From the NCBI GenBank assembly GCA_019828565.1, contig JAHDYR010000031.1:102046-166045 (forward strand): a stretch of 64,000 nucleotides of DNA, in the 5' to 3' direction. Shown here one piece after another: positions 10,125 to 19,092 of the stretch; the stretch's first letter is position 1; each line of letters starts with the position of its first letter. This stretch comes from Carpediemonas membranifera BICM (Eukaryota; Protista; Fornicata). A model generated the notes under the pieces. It was not told where the DNA came from. It saw nothing but the letters and a program-made list of their open reading frames with translations, and ran no database searches. A program made the position numbers and the translations under genes.

Positions 10125-11264
10125 ATGGAGACATCGCACGACAAGTCTACGATGGCAGAAACAGAGCTCAAGCCAATCCAGATCGCCGACTCCATGCCTA
10201 ATATGCCCCGAATCCACTCAATCGTCTCCACAGATGAGATGGCGAGCCTGAACACGCAGCCCATCTTCAGAACTAGTCCGTATCTCGCCCTGAGCATCGT
10301 TGACGGCGAGGAGACGTTCCTTCCATGCTACATGCCCCTTGCGGACCACATCAAGAGCCTCGGCGTGGATGGATCGTACACTGTGTTGTCCACCCACCAG
10401 CGCAGGGCTGTTTTCCAGCTCGGGATGCACGGCCAGCGCCTGAGCCACACGTTCCAGGTCATGATGGACGGCAGACCGGCCGAGACAGACGCCCAGCTGA
10501 CGTTCATGTCCCAGGAGACGGCGTGTGCGTGGCTGGAGTCCGTCCTGCCCCGTGTAATCAACGCGTACGAGAGCAGCGCCAACCCCCCAGTCGAGTCTGA
10601 CGAGCGGACACCCTGCCAGTACCGCATCGCCATCCACATAGCCGTCCCGACCGCAGCAGTGAGCATCCACATCGGCCCGATGCACATTGCCTGCGAGGAG
10701 TGCAGCTCCGTCGAGATCGACGTGCGGCCGGGCCAGCGGGAGTACAGCGACGCTAAGAACTCGCGGTGGCTGCTCGACCGGACACGCTACACCCCAGCCC
10801 ACACCGGGATCAACGAGACCGTGCTCTTCGATGAGGCGACGGGCGTCATCACAGAAGGCCTCTCGTCCAACTTCTTCGTCATCAAGGACAGGAAAGTGCT
10901 CACGGCGGTTGGCGGGGTCGTCGAGGGCACAGTCCGGGCTATCCTGCTCGAAACGGCCCAAGAGCTGGGGTACGAGATCGTCCCCGAGGTCAACGTCGCG
11001 GACCTTACCCCGGACGCCGCGGTCGTCATCACCAGCACCTCTCGGTACGTCCTTCCTGTCTCCGCGGCCCACATACTGGGCACCAATGCCAGTGTGGTGC
11101 ACTTTAACGTCCAAGCATGCCGGGAGCTGCAGGGAGCTACGATCTCAGCCATGGGCCGCAGCTGCACTGTGCTGCAGGGCCTCTCCATCAAGGGCGGCAA
11201 GGAGCATGTCTGGTCGTCCTCCCCCATCCTCAACATCCTCGAGAAGGCGGGCGATTCGGTGTGA
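10125..11264 (+). CDS. PLP-dependent aminotransferase class IV
   Basis: AKNS lysine, NETVLFD...ITEGLSSNFFVIKD, VVEGTVR and ITSTSR motifs. Confidence 0.85.
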   Translation: METSHDKSTMAETELKPIQIADSMPNMPRIHSIVSTDEMASLNTQPIFRTSPYLALSIVDGEETFLPCYMPLADHIKSLGVDGSYTVLSTHQRRAVFQLGMHGQRLSHTFQVMMDGRPAETDAQLTFMSQETACAWLESVLPRVINAYESSANPPVESDERTPCQYRIAIHIAVPTAAVSIHIGPMHIACEECSSVEIDVRPGQREYSDAKNSRWLLDRTRYTPAHTGINETVLFDEATGVITEGLSSNFFVIKDRKVLTAVGGVVEGTVRAILLETAQELGYEIVPEVNVADLTPDAAVVITSTSRYVLPVSAAHILGTNASVVHFNVQACRELQGATISAMGRSCTVLQGLSIKGGKEHVWSSSPILNILEKAGDSV

Positions 11265-11647
11265 ATGGGGGTGAAAGGATGCACTGCACTGATCACTCCA
11301 TGTTACTAAATAACAGTGAGCCGAGCAATGGTATTCTGACACCTACTATGGCAGTGGATGGGGGGTATACAGCGTGTTGACCGCGCCAGCAGGGGATGCG
11401 TGCGGTGGCAAGGGCCGTATACGTGTGGATTTGATCGAATCCACAGTATTTGCGAGCGGGCGCACCATGCCCAAGCTGGCCCTCTAATCACCCAACCCAG
11501 CCACTGCCTGTGCAGTGAGGCTGTGTAGCATCTGTCCGTGCCCGTGCCGCTACTCCCCCCTTGACCCCGCCGTCACGTCACCATGTGGCTCCCGCTCGCC
11601 CCCCGTGCGCATCAGTATTTACAGTAAACTCCCCCAGTATTCGTGCC

Positions 11648-11753
11648 TGTTGCGCAGCATAAACACATTGTTCGAACCTCCAGACAGGGCCGAAAGGAAC
11701 GATCAAAGTGCCAAACTGTACAACATCATCCGTCCGTAGACGAATGTTGGCGG
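11648..11753 (-). ncRNA. Putative Fanzor omegaRNA scaffold, copy 1
   Basis: Lies immediately 3' of the Fanzor stop codon. The minus strand forms a hairpin with a C(UACG)G loop. Its 3' end matches copy 2 at 29/32 nt. Confidence 0.55.
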
Positions 11754-12752
11754 TTAGCCAATTGATGATACTGGAATGATGTTTGAAGACGTGGGATCAA
11801 TGCGACTGAACGGAGAGCCACTGAGCTCATCTTCCGTGGCAAGAGAACGCCACAGGATGTTCTCTGCAGCACTCTTGTCCCGATGATCAACATTCAGAGC
11901 ATCAGGAACTGTTGCGCGCCACTGAGCACCACGGCACTGTGGATTTTCGCAGAGCATCACACGATGTGGGTGAACGTGCTGGTCATCACGCGGACGAACT
12001 CGCTTGTAGGGGGCGTGGCAGTGAGGGCAGACGACGGTGGTGCGGTCCTCGTTAACCATGTTAAGATCGACGACAATGTTATCCAACCTCTTGAGAAGGG
12101 GTACTATCTCTCTCGCGAACTTTCGATATGGCGCGCAAGGAATGAACATACCAGTAGGCGTGGTGAATCCCGAGCTCCCGTAGATGACTTTCAGGCGAAT
12201 GGGGGTGGCGATGGGATGGTGGCGACCGAACTCCCGAGCCAACTGTTGGCCGCAGCAGGCGAAGTGCTTCTGGCGAAGGATGTGGTTCGCAAAGCGCACT
12301 CGGCGGAAAGACTTACGCATTCCAGCCTCGAAAATGTCGTTCGCGTTGTCCAGCACAAACCTAATAGAGTTGTTGATACTCAGGTAAGGTAGTCTCCCGC
12401 CACATCGGCAGAGTGTCGAGCGACTGCACGATGGCCGCGTAGGCCTGACCCGGATGACCGCCGCGTACATGAGTGAGCAGTCCTTTGTGGAAGTCGGCGT
12501 CATGTAGGGGAGTTGCCGGCGCTGCGCATAGCATTCAACCGTGAGCCGGGCCAGCAGGCATGAGTAGAGATATTTTGCTGCGGCGTAATCCCCCACTCTC
12601 CGTTCTTCGGTGTAGTCCTGTCTGAAAGCTTGCTTGATGGAGGCTTTGATCGTATATATCTCCATCTTGTTGCGCACTACTGGTGTGCAGCTGATCATTG
12701 ATGAAGATGACATATAAGAGCCGACGATGAACACCATTACCAGCCTATACAA
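11754..12752 (-). CDS. Fanzor1/TnpB-like RNA-guided nuclease homologue (N-terminally truncated or degenerate)
   Basis: FRRVRFANHILRQK helix, VIYGSSGF...AP, RuvC-II VNEDRTT, Zn finger CPHC...CENPQC and RuvC-III HRDKSAAENI. No RuvC-I D-P-G is visible. Confidence 0.85.
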   Translation of the reverse strand: MYRLVMVFIVGSYMSSSSMISCTPVVRNKMEIYTIKASIKQAFRQDYTEERRVGDYAAAKYLYSCLLARLTVECYAQRRQLPYMTPTSTKDCSLMYAAVIRVRPTRPSCSRSTLCRCGGRLPYLSINNSIRFVLDNANDIFEAGMRKSFRRVRFANHILRQKHFACCGQQLAREFGRHHPIATPIRLKVIYGSSGFTTPTGMFIPCAPYRKFAREIVPLLKRLDNIVVDLNMVNEDRTTVVCPHCHAPYKRVRPRDDQHVHPHRVMLCENPQCRGAQWRATVPDALNVDHRDKSAAENILWRSLATEDELSGSPFSRIDPTSSNIIPVSSIG

Positions 12753-12917
12753 GTGTAGAAGTGAATTTAATGTGGAATAGAAGACAATGAGACGACGTGT
12801 GAGCGATTGTGATGTTTGCAGCTGTGCTGACGTCCACGAAGAAGACGCTTTGTGGAAGCCCTGGAGAAGACGATCTCCCTACCGACTTAAGACGTGAGTA
12901 GGAGGGAGACAGGGCAG

Positions 12918-13010
12918 TGTTGCGCAGTATAAACACATTGTTTGACCCTTAGCCATAGCACAGTGCCGATCCGGCTAAACTGCACCGTATCTTCACTCCA
13001 GGCACGCCGT
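12918..13010 (-). ncRNA. Putative Fanzor omegaRNA scaffold, copy 2 (upstream of the ORF)
   Basis: 12918-12949 matches 11648-11679 (29/32) and 12974-12991 matches 11710-11727 (13/18). Stems GUGCAGU/ACUGCGC and UUAGCC/GGCUAA. Confidence 0.5.
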
Positions 13011-13021
13011 CGGACACAGCG

Positions 13022-16000
13022 ATGGACGCCGCCTACTTTACAGCAATTCTAGACCATTTGGGCTTCTTATCACCCCATTCGCCCTATATCGTGGAGATGC
13101 AGGAGCGCATCGGCCACTGCCGCATCTTCGAGTTCCTAGAGCGCTTCTTCAGCAACACACAACCACACAATAGCGCACAGTTCGTGATAGACTACATTAT
13201 GATCACAATCTCCTCTCTGTTCGAGGACATAGACCGGTTCCTCGCCTTCGTGGACCAGACAGGGCCCCGGTTCTTCCAACAACCCATGGCCAAGGCCGTG
13301 TGCGCCTCCATATGCGCCAACATACCATATGTCGAGTCCTGCGTCGACCTTGCTCTCTCTGACGTCGCCAACATCACCGTCGAGGCGCTGCGACAGTACT
13401 ACCCCACCAACGACGGCGGGCTGCTCCGGCTCCGGTCGATGGAGGTCTGCAACACGCTGAGGCCCCTTGTGGACGAGGCTACCGTCGAGTCGCTGTGCGG
13501 CGTGGTGGAGAACTCCCGCATGCTGGTGCTCTACGGGCCCGAGAAGAACTTCCTCGCGCACACCGTCGCTTCAGCCATGGCGGCCCGGAAAGAGTACGAC
13601 GTGGTCATGTACCTGCCCCTCAAGTCCGTACCCACTCTGGCGCCCAGCCACAACGCCTGCGAGGGCCTCCAGCAGCTCGCCCTCCAGGTCATGCTCGACC
13701 GGACCGAGGCCGCCGGGACGGGCACCACGACGACACGGCGGGGCTACGGAGAGGGCGAGTGCCACGTCGACTTCTTCCAGACGGGCATCAGCGACTGCCC
13801 CCCGCAGTTCACCCCGCTGCGGGTGTACAGCGAGACGAGGGTCCACTTCCTTACCGCCATCGCCGCACAGAAGAGGGTGCTGCTCGTGCTGGGCAACATG
13901 GACGCCGCCGACGCCCTCTCGTTTCTCCCCACGGACACGCTGGTGAAGGGGGCCCACGACGTCGACGTCATCATCACTACGGAGACCCCAGAGTCCTTCC
14001 ACTCCCTCGACCAGGAGGACGGCGACGACACAGACCTCGCCTCCATCGTCAACAGCGCCGCGGTGTGCGTCCCGAGTCTTGTCGACGACCCGCCGTCCAT
14101 CGCCCCGCTGGACACCCTCCCCGCCACCGAACGGGACATGCTGCTGGCCCTGGCCGCCGTCTCGGCAATGCACTGGGTCTCCGTCCCCGAGCTGGGCTTT
14201 ATCATGTCCGACCTGCACTCCTTTGGCCCAGGCGAGCTCGGTACGGCATTAGAGACGATGCTCATGCGGGACACGAACCTCGAGGTGCTCCCCGACGGCA
14301 ATGTCTGCAACGACGTCCTCAAGGCCCACGTCAGCGGGGGCCGTGTGACCCGGGTCACGCTGACGACGACCGCCCGCCGACACGTGGCCGCCACGAACGA
14401 CGAGGACATCGGTAAGACCGCCATGCTGTTCGCGAAGAGGGCCGACTCGCTGTACGTCGCGCTGCTCGGCATCATGTCACACGCCACGATCTCGGTCATC
14501 CCACTCGTACCCCTAGTCGGCCCAGCCCGGAGAGCGTTCGACGGCGACCCGACCGGCACCGCCCGGCGGGCCCTCGCTGCCTTCATCGGGACGGTGGGCC
14601 ACACGGCGCTGAGTGTCGCCGTCCGGGGCCACGACAGCCGCGGGATGCCGTGGACGTCGTGCTCTCTGCTGATGCGGACACTGTGCTGGGGCCTGCAGAC
14701 GGCCGTCTCCCCCATCCACGCGGCCACCTTCCTCACCAGGGCGGCCCTGGGCGTGCTGGACTTCCTCGACCGGCGGCCCCTCCACACCCTGCCTGACTAC
14801 ACGACGGCCGAGCTCGGGACCGTGCTCGACCGGGCCGTCGCCCTGACGCCGCTGCACACCATGCCCGCAGAGCTCGCCTCCATCGAGCACGGCTGCCCAG
14901 TGACGACCCTCCACCGCCTCCTCGTCGAGCTCGGCTTCCGGATGCTGGCCATGTCCGAACAGGCCAAGGCCGAGCAGCTGTTCCTGGCAGTGCTAGGCCA
15001 GGAGACGACCGCAGCCCGGCTCAGAGGCCCCACCGGCGACACCATGACCCTCAAGAACGGCCGGCCGCGGGGTGCAGACCTGGCCGACCTGACCCCACCT
15101 ACACTGACGTCACCTATGCTCGAGATCGTCACCAAGAAGCGCGACCCGCACCTGCTATCGTCCCCCATCGCCACCGAGGCCGTTCTGGGCGTGGCCATCA
15201 TCTATGCTCGGGCGGAGGCCTGGTCCCCGGCCCTTGCCCTGCTGGCGACAGTCCACACGGCCCTGCAGCCCCCCGCCTCGCCCGTCCGCCGGGCCCTGGC
15301 GGAGACGTACTATGCTGGTGCACTCGCGGTGTCGAACTCGCCCGTACTGTCCCAGCTACTCTTCATCATGCCGACCCGGCGCCGCCAGCTCACCATCCAG
15401 CGGGCACCGCACGTGTCTTTCTCCGAGAAGGCCGGGACGCTATCCTTTGCCGAGGAGCGGGCCGAGGCGGCCGTAATGATGGCCCAGGCTGTCGGGGACC
15501 TCGACCTGGTCGCGTCCTGCATTTCACTGATGGCCGCTATCCGGGTCCTCGCTGTGTTCGCTGGGGTCCACAGCCGCATGAAGCGATTCGAACCGTGGGA
15601 GCTCACCACCGACGCGCTGCTGGAACCCGTGCGGCAGGTTGAGCTCGACCTGGACTTCCTCGTCAAGCCATACGGCGACGACGAGCCCGAGAACTCCCAC
15701 GCCCGGGCCAAGGTGCTGCTGGGCGAGCTGTGCGGCCACATAGCAGACACCCTGGATGCACTGAGGGCGACCCCGCTCGCGCCCCTCGCCATCGAGTACT
15801 ACAGGCACCACAAGGGCAGGACGGCCGTGCGAGCCAGTCTGACGGCCCTGCAGGACCGGTACGAGGCGACAGATTTCGGGGCGATGGCTCAGGACACCAG
15901 GAACGTCGCCGCGTCCATGCTAAGCCGGGCGGCGCTCGCGGCGCTGCACCACTGCCCTGGGTCGATGCTGCACTCCCACAGTGTGTCGTCCCTCGCCCGG

Positions 16001-18040
16001 GTGTTCACGGTGCTCAGGGCGAAGGATGTGTCGTCGTCGGTGGCCGCGATCAACGGAGAAACGGCCGCCCTCTTCACCGCCCTCATAGCGTGCAGCGGGC
16101 CCAAGCACGCCGAGCGACTGACTGCGTACCGGCCCTACCACCACGAGGACGCGCATAGTAGAGACCTCCTCCGGGCGCCCATCGAGACGTTCATGTTCCC
16201 GGGGTCGAGCGCCGCCTTCTACCGCCAGATGATGGGGGCCGACGGCGACGCCCTCTATAACGCCACCGTGCTCGATCTCATCGCCCAGAGCCTCGTCGGC
16301 AACGAGTGCACGCCGTCCGTGGCCGAGGTAACCGACCATGCAGCCGAGAACTTCTACTACCGCTGCATGGCGGCGGCACATTGGCTCGTGTCGGCGACCG
16401 GGGGCGACGCCGACCCAGCATCGGCCAGTCCGCGGGTGTTCTCGTCCGTGGCGGCGCTGCTGTCCAATCCAGACGTGCTCCAGGCGATCAAGGAGCGCTG
16501 TCTCGACGCCATAGCCCCTGAGTCGACGCTGGGCCGCATGCAGACCGCGGAGATGACGTGGGAGGATGTCAACGACGCCATGGACGGCAAGCTCACCGCC
16601 CGGAAGCGGACCAGCATCACAGAAGGCCGCCGCGTCGTCGGCTCCGCTGTCTCGGACGTGTTCTCGACGGTGCACGTGGTCGACAGTCACCTCCAGCACA
16701 TGTGCGACGTCCTCGACATCGACCCCGCCACCATCTGCCCCGCGGCCGGCATCGTCGAGAACTCCAGGCCTGGGCGGGTTGTGCTGACGGTCGAGACCCT
16801 CGCTGCGGCCATCAGCGGTTTCCTCCAGAAGAACAGCGTCACCGAGACGGTCATCGGGTCGACCAAGGTGACCGTCACCCAGGACCACTTCGCGCACGGG
16901 GAGACCGCCCCTGACATCCTCACCCCAGACGAGGCCCGGCAGGTGTGGCCCACCCCCACCCCCGCTATGGTGGCCGAGTGCAAGCGGATGATACGGCAGA
17001 CGGACTCGCATGGCAAGCTCTTCCTCGGCGACCTTATGCGCAGCGCCCCGCTAGCGTTCTTCTGCGCGGGCATGCCCGGGCTTGACCGGTCGGACTTCAC
17101 CCTGGCCGAGGTCGAGATGAGCAAGACGGTGGTCCAACTCGCACGGGCGTCCATCGACCATATCGTCAACGGCGTCCCCGCTATCGCTGCCCCCGCCGAC
17201 GTCGACGACCTGGACGAGACGGCCCCCATCCCCGACGCGGCCCCCCGGTCTCTGTCGGACCCGCTCATGGTCGCTCCTGCCCTGCTGCATCTGTCCCGGC
17301 TGCTGGTGCACAATACGGCCCACAGCCCGAGACTCGCGGTGGCCAACTACAGCGGCGTTGTGATGACGGCGCTGCGGTTCTGGGCCTCGGTCGACGACTC
17401 GGATCGCATCCTGGCCCATGGTAGCACGTGTCTGACGTCTGAGCTGCAGCTGGTGACCGATTGGACCGCCCTGGACCACCCCAAGGGCAAGACTCCCGCC
17501 CGGGGGAACGACAGCCGCCTCCTGATCCTCTACTACTGCGCAGTCCTCATCCACAACCTCGACACCGTCGCCGCGAGCATCCTCGCCGAGCCGACCCGCA
17601 TGGAGGGTCTCGCCGTCGACGTGCCCAGCGTCATGGACAGCCTGCGGCTCGACGCCGAGGAGGTCAGCCGCATGCTTGAGTTTTCGAAGCTCTCCCGGGC
17701 CGCGACGCAGGCTTCCTCTCTCGTGACGACGTGTGCCAATAAGACGCTGTTCCAGGCCCGAGCCCCGCGCAGTCCCCAGCTGGTGACTCTGGGCCTGATG
17801 GCGCATGCCACGACGCAGCTCATCACGACTGTCGGACTTATTGGTCAGCCGGAGGAGGACGAGGACGCCGTCGAGGAGGCCTTTGAGGACGCCATCGCCG
17901 CCCTGGAGAAGGCCCGCGCCCTCATGGTCGAGTGCGGCGACAAGGAGATGGACGCTATGATCGCGGGTGCCGTGAAGGAGGCCAAGACCCGCCTGGAGGC
18001 GTACACGGCCGAGCTGGAGGAGCTCCCGACGCTCTTCTGA
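13022..18040 (+). CDS. Large alpha-helical protein with a degenerate STAND/NB-ARC-like NTPase region
   Basis: 1672-aa ORF with LVLYGPEKNFLA (broken Walker A), KRVLLVLGNMD (Walker B-like) and VIITT, followed by helical TPR-like repeats. Confidence 0.55.
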   Translation: MDAAYFTAILDHLGFLSPHSPYIVEMQERIGHCRIFEFLERFFSNTQPHNSAQFVIDYIMITISSLFEDIDRFLAFVDQTGPRFFQQPMAKAVCASICANIPYVESCVDLALSDVANITVEALRQYYPTNDGGLLRLRSMEVCNTLRPLVDEATVESLCGVVENSRMLVLYGPEKNFLAHTVASAMAARKEYDVVMYLPLKSVPTLAPSHNACEGLQQLALQVMLDRTEAAGTGTTTTRRGYGEGECHVDFFQTGISDCPPQFTPLRVYSETRVHFLTAIAAQKRVLLVLGNMDAADALSFLPTDTLVKGAHDVDVIITTETPESFHSLDQEDGDDTDLASIVNSAAVCVPSLVDDPPSIAPLDTLPATERDMLLALAAVSAMHWVSVPELGFIMSDLHSFGPGELGTALETMLMRDTNLEVLPDGNVCNDVLKAHVSGGRVTRVTLTTTARRHVAATNDEDIGKTAMLFAKRADSLYVALLGIMSHATISVIPLVPLVGPARRAFDGDPTGTARRALAAFIGTVGHTALSVAVRGHDSRGMPWTSCSLLMRTLCWGLQTAVSPIHAATFLTRAALGVLDFLDRRPLHTLPDYTTAELGTVLDRAVALTPLHTMPAELASIEHGCPVTTLHRLLVELGFRMLAMSEQAKAEQLFLAVLGQETTAARLRGPTGDTMTLKNGRPRGADLADLTPPTLTSPMLEIVTKKRDPHLLSSPIATEAVLGVAIIYARAEAWSPALALLATVHTALQPPASPVRRALAETYYAGALAVSNSPVLSQLLFIMPTRRRQLTIQRAPHVSFSEKAGTLSFAEERAEAAVMMAQAVGDLDLVASCISLMAAIRVLAVFAGVHSRMKRFEPWELTTDALLEPVRQVELDLDFLVKPYGDDEPENSHARAKVLLGELCGHIADTLDALRATPLAPLAIEYYRHHKGRTAVRASLTALQDRYEATDFGAMAQDTRNVAASMLSRAALAALHHCPGSMLHSHSVSSLARVFTVLRAKDVSSSVAAINGETAALFTALIACSGPKHAERLTAYRPYHHEDAHSRDLLRAPIETFMFPGSSAAFYRQMMGADGDALYNATVLDLIAQSLVGNECTPSVAEVTDHAAENFYYRCMAAAHWLVSATGGDADPASASPRVFSSVAALLSNPDVLQAIKERCLDAIAPESTLGRMQTAEMTWEDVNDAMDGKLTARKRTSITEGRRVVGSAVSDVFSTVHVVDSHLQHMCDVLDIDPATICPAAGIVENSRPGRVVLTVETLAAAISGFLQKNSVTETVIGSTKVTVTQDHFAHGETAPDILTPDEARQVWPTPTPAMVAECKRMIRQTDSHGKLFLGDLMRSAPLAFFCAGMPGLDRSDFTLAEVEMSKTVVQLARASIDHIVNGVPAIAAPADVDDLDETAPIPDAAPRSLSDPLMVAPALLHLSRLLVHNTAHSPRLAVANYSGVVMTALRFWASVDDSDRILAHGSTCLTSELQLVTDWTALDHPKGKTPARGNDSRLLILYYCAVLIHNLDTVAASILAEPTRMEGLAVDVPSVMDSLRLDAEEVSRMLEFSKLSRAATQASSLVTTCANKTLFQARAPRSPQLVTLGLMAHATTQLITTVGLIGQPEEDEDAVEEAFEDAIAALEKARALMVECGDKEMDAMIAGAVKEAKTRLEAYTAELEELPTLF

Positions 18041-18072
18041 TAGGTAGATTGATAAATATTTGAATTACTCAT

Positions 18073-18981
18073 TTAGATGTCGAGTCCGGATGGCCGGAAT
18101 GTTTTGATCGGGATCCTTTCAGTCAGCATGTGCCCGCTCTCGAGCAGCACCGCAATCACCACCTCAAAGCCGACCTTGAAGCGGTTGGTCTTCATCGTTG
18201 GAGCACAGAACTTGCGGGGGAAGTCCATGTACAGCGGTATCGGCACGCCGCGGCAGACGTCGCCGATGGCCGCCTGCAGGTTCTGGATCTCACTTCGCTC
18301 GGACTTGGGTACGCCGTCGACGGACTCGTCCCGCACCAGCTGCAGCTCGATGCTCTGGATAGGGTCCTCGGACTCGTGCACGATGATGTGGCCCGTCAGC
18401 GGTCTGTTCAGCGGGCACACGATGGAGTCAAGCCGGCCGCTGATGCTGAAGTCGCCGATGGTGGCTGAGGCCGGCAGCGAGTCCCGCTTGACCTCGAAGG
18501 AGAGGGGCTTGGGCTCTAGATCCGTCCGCTTTGTCGGAACCTCTATGATGAAGCTGGTCTTCTGCACGAAGGGCTCGCTGCCGAGCAGGTGAAGCCTCGC
18601 CTCGACAAAATAAGACACTGACACCCATACGCCGCGGTAGGTCTCGTACAGCTCGTTGCCCTCCAGAGCCTTGGTGGGGATCTCGAACTTGATTGTGTTC
18701 TTTCCGGGCTTAAGCTCGCCCTCGGTGATGAGAACGCCCTCGTAAGAAAGGATATCAACAGTCTTATAGCTGGGACTGACTTCTACGAGATCCTCGTCTG
18801 GACTATCCATGTTTCTAATGGCGATGCGGCCTGTAGCAATGAGATGGAGGCCCTTATGCATCAGGCTCCCGCTGGAGATGTTGATTGTCACGCAGCCCGT
18901 CACCACGTCTCCTACACGATAGATGGCGTCCGGCCTATCAAGAGTTATGTCGAAAGATGATTTCCCTTGCCGCTGAGCCAT
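18073..18981 (-). CDS. VPS26C: VPS26C/DSCR3 (retriever subunit, arrestin fold)
   Basis: LYETYRGV, IQSIELQLVRDES, EIQNLQAAIGDVCRGVPIPLYMDFPRKFCAPT. Confidence 0.9.
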   Translation of the reverse strand: MAQRQGKSSFDITLDRPDAIYRVGDVVTGCVTINISSGSLMHKGLHLIATGRIAIRNMDSPDEDLVEVSPSYKTVDILSYEGVLITEGELKPGKNTIKFEIPTKALEGNELYETYRGVWVSVSYFVEARLHLLGSEPFVQKTSFIIEVPTKRTDLEPKPLSFEVKRDSLPASATIGDFSISGRLDSIVCPLNRPLTGHIIVHESEDPIQSIELQLVRDESVDGVPKSERSEIQNLQAAIGDVCRGVPIPLYMDFPRKFCAPTMKTNRFKVGFEVVIAVLLESGHMLTERIPIKTFRPSGLDI

Positions 18982-19092
18982 GTTTTAATTTGCTGACTTC
19001 CGGACTCCTTAAAGTGCTGCTCGTTCTTCCAGCCTGCACACCATCGTGTCTGTGGTAGATGGGTCCTTTGAAGTGCTCATAACCGCATGATT

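Noticed and set aside
11648-12949. CRISPR array interpretation of the 32-nt repeat
   Set aside because: Only two copies 1.27 kb apart in eukaryotic DNA; no cas genes.
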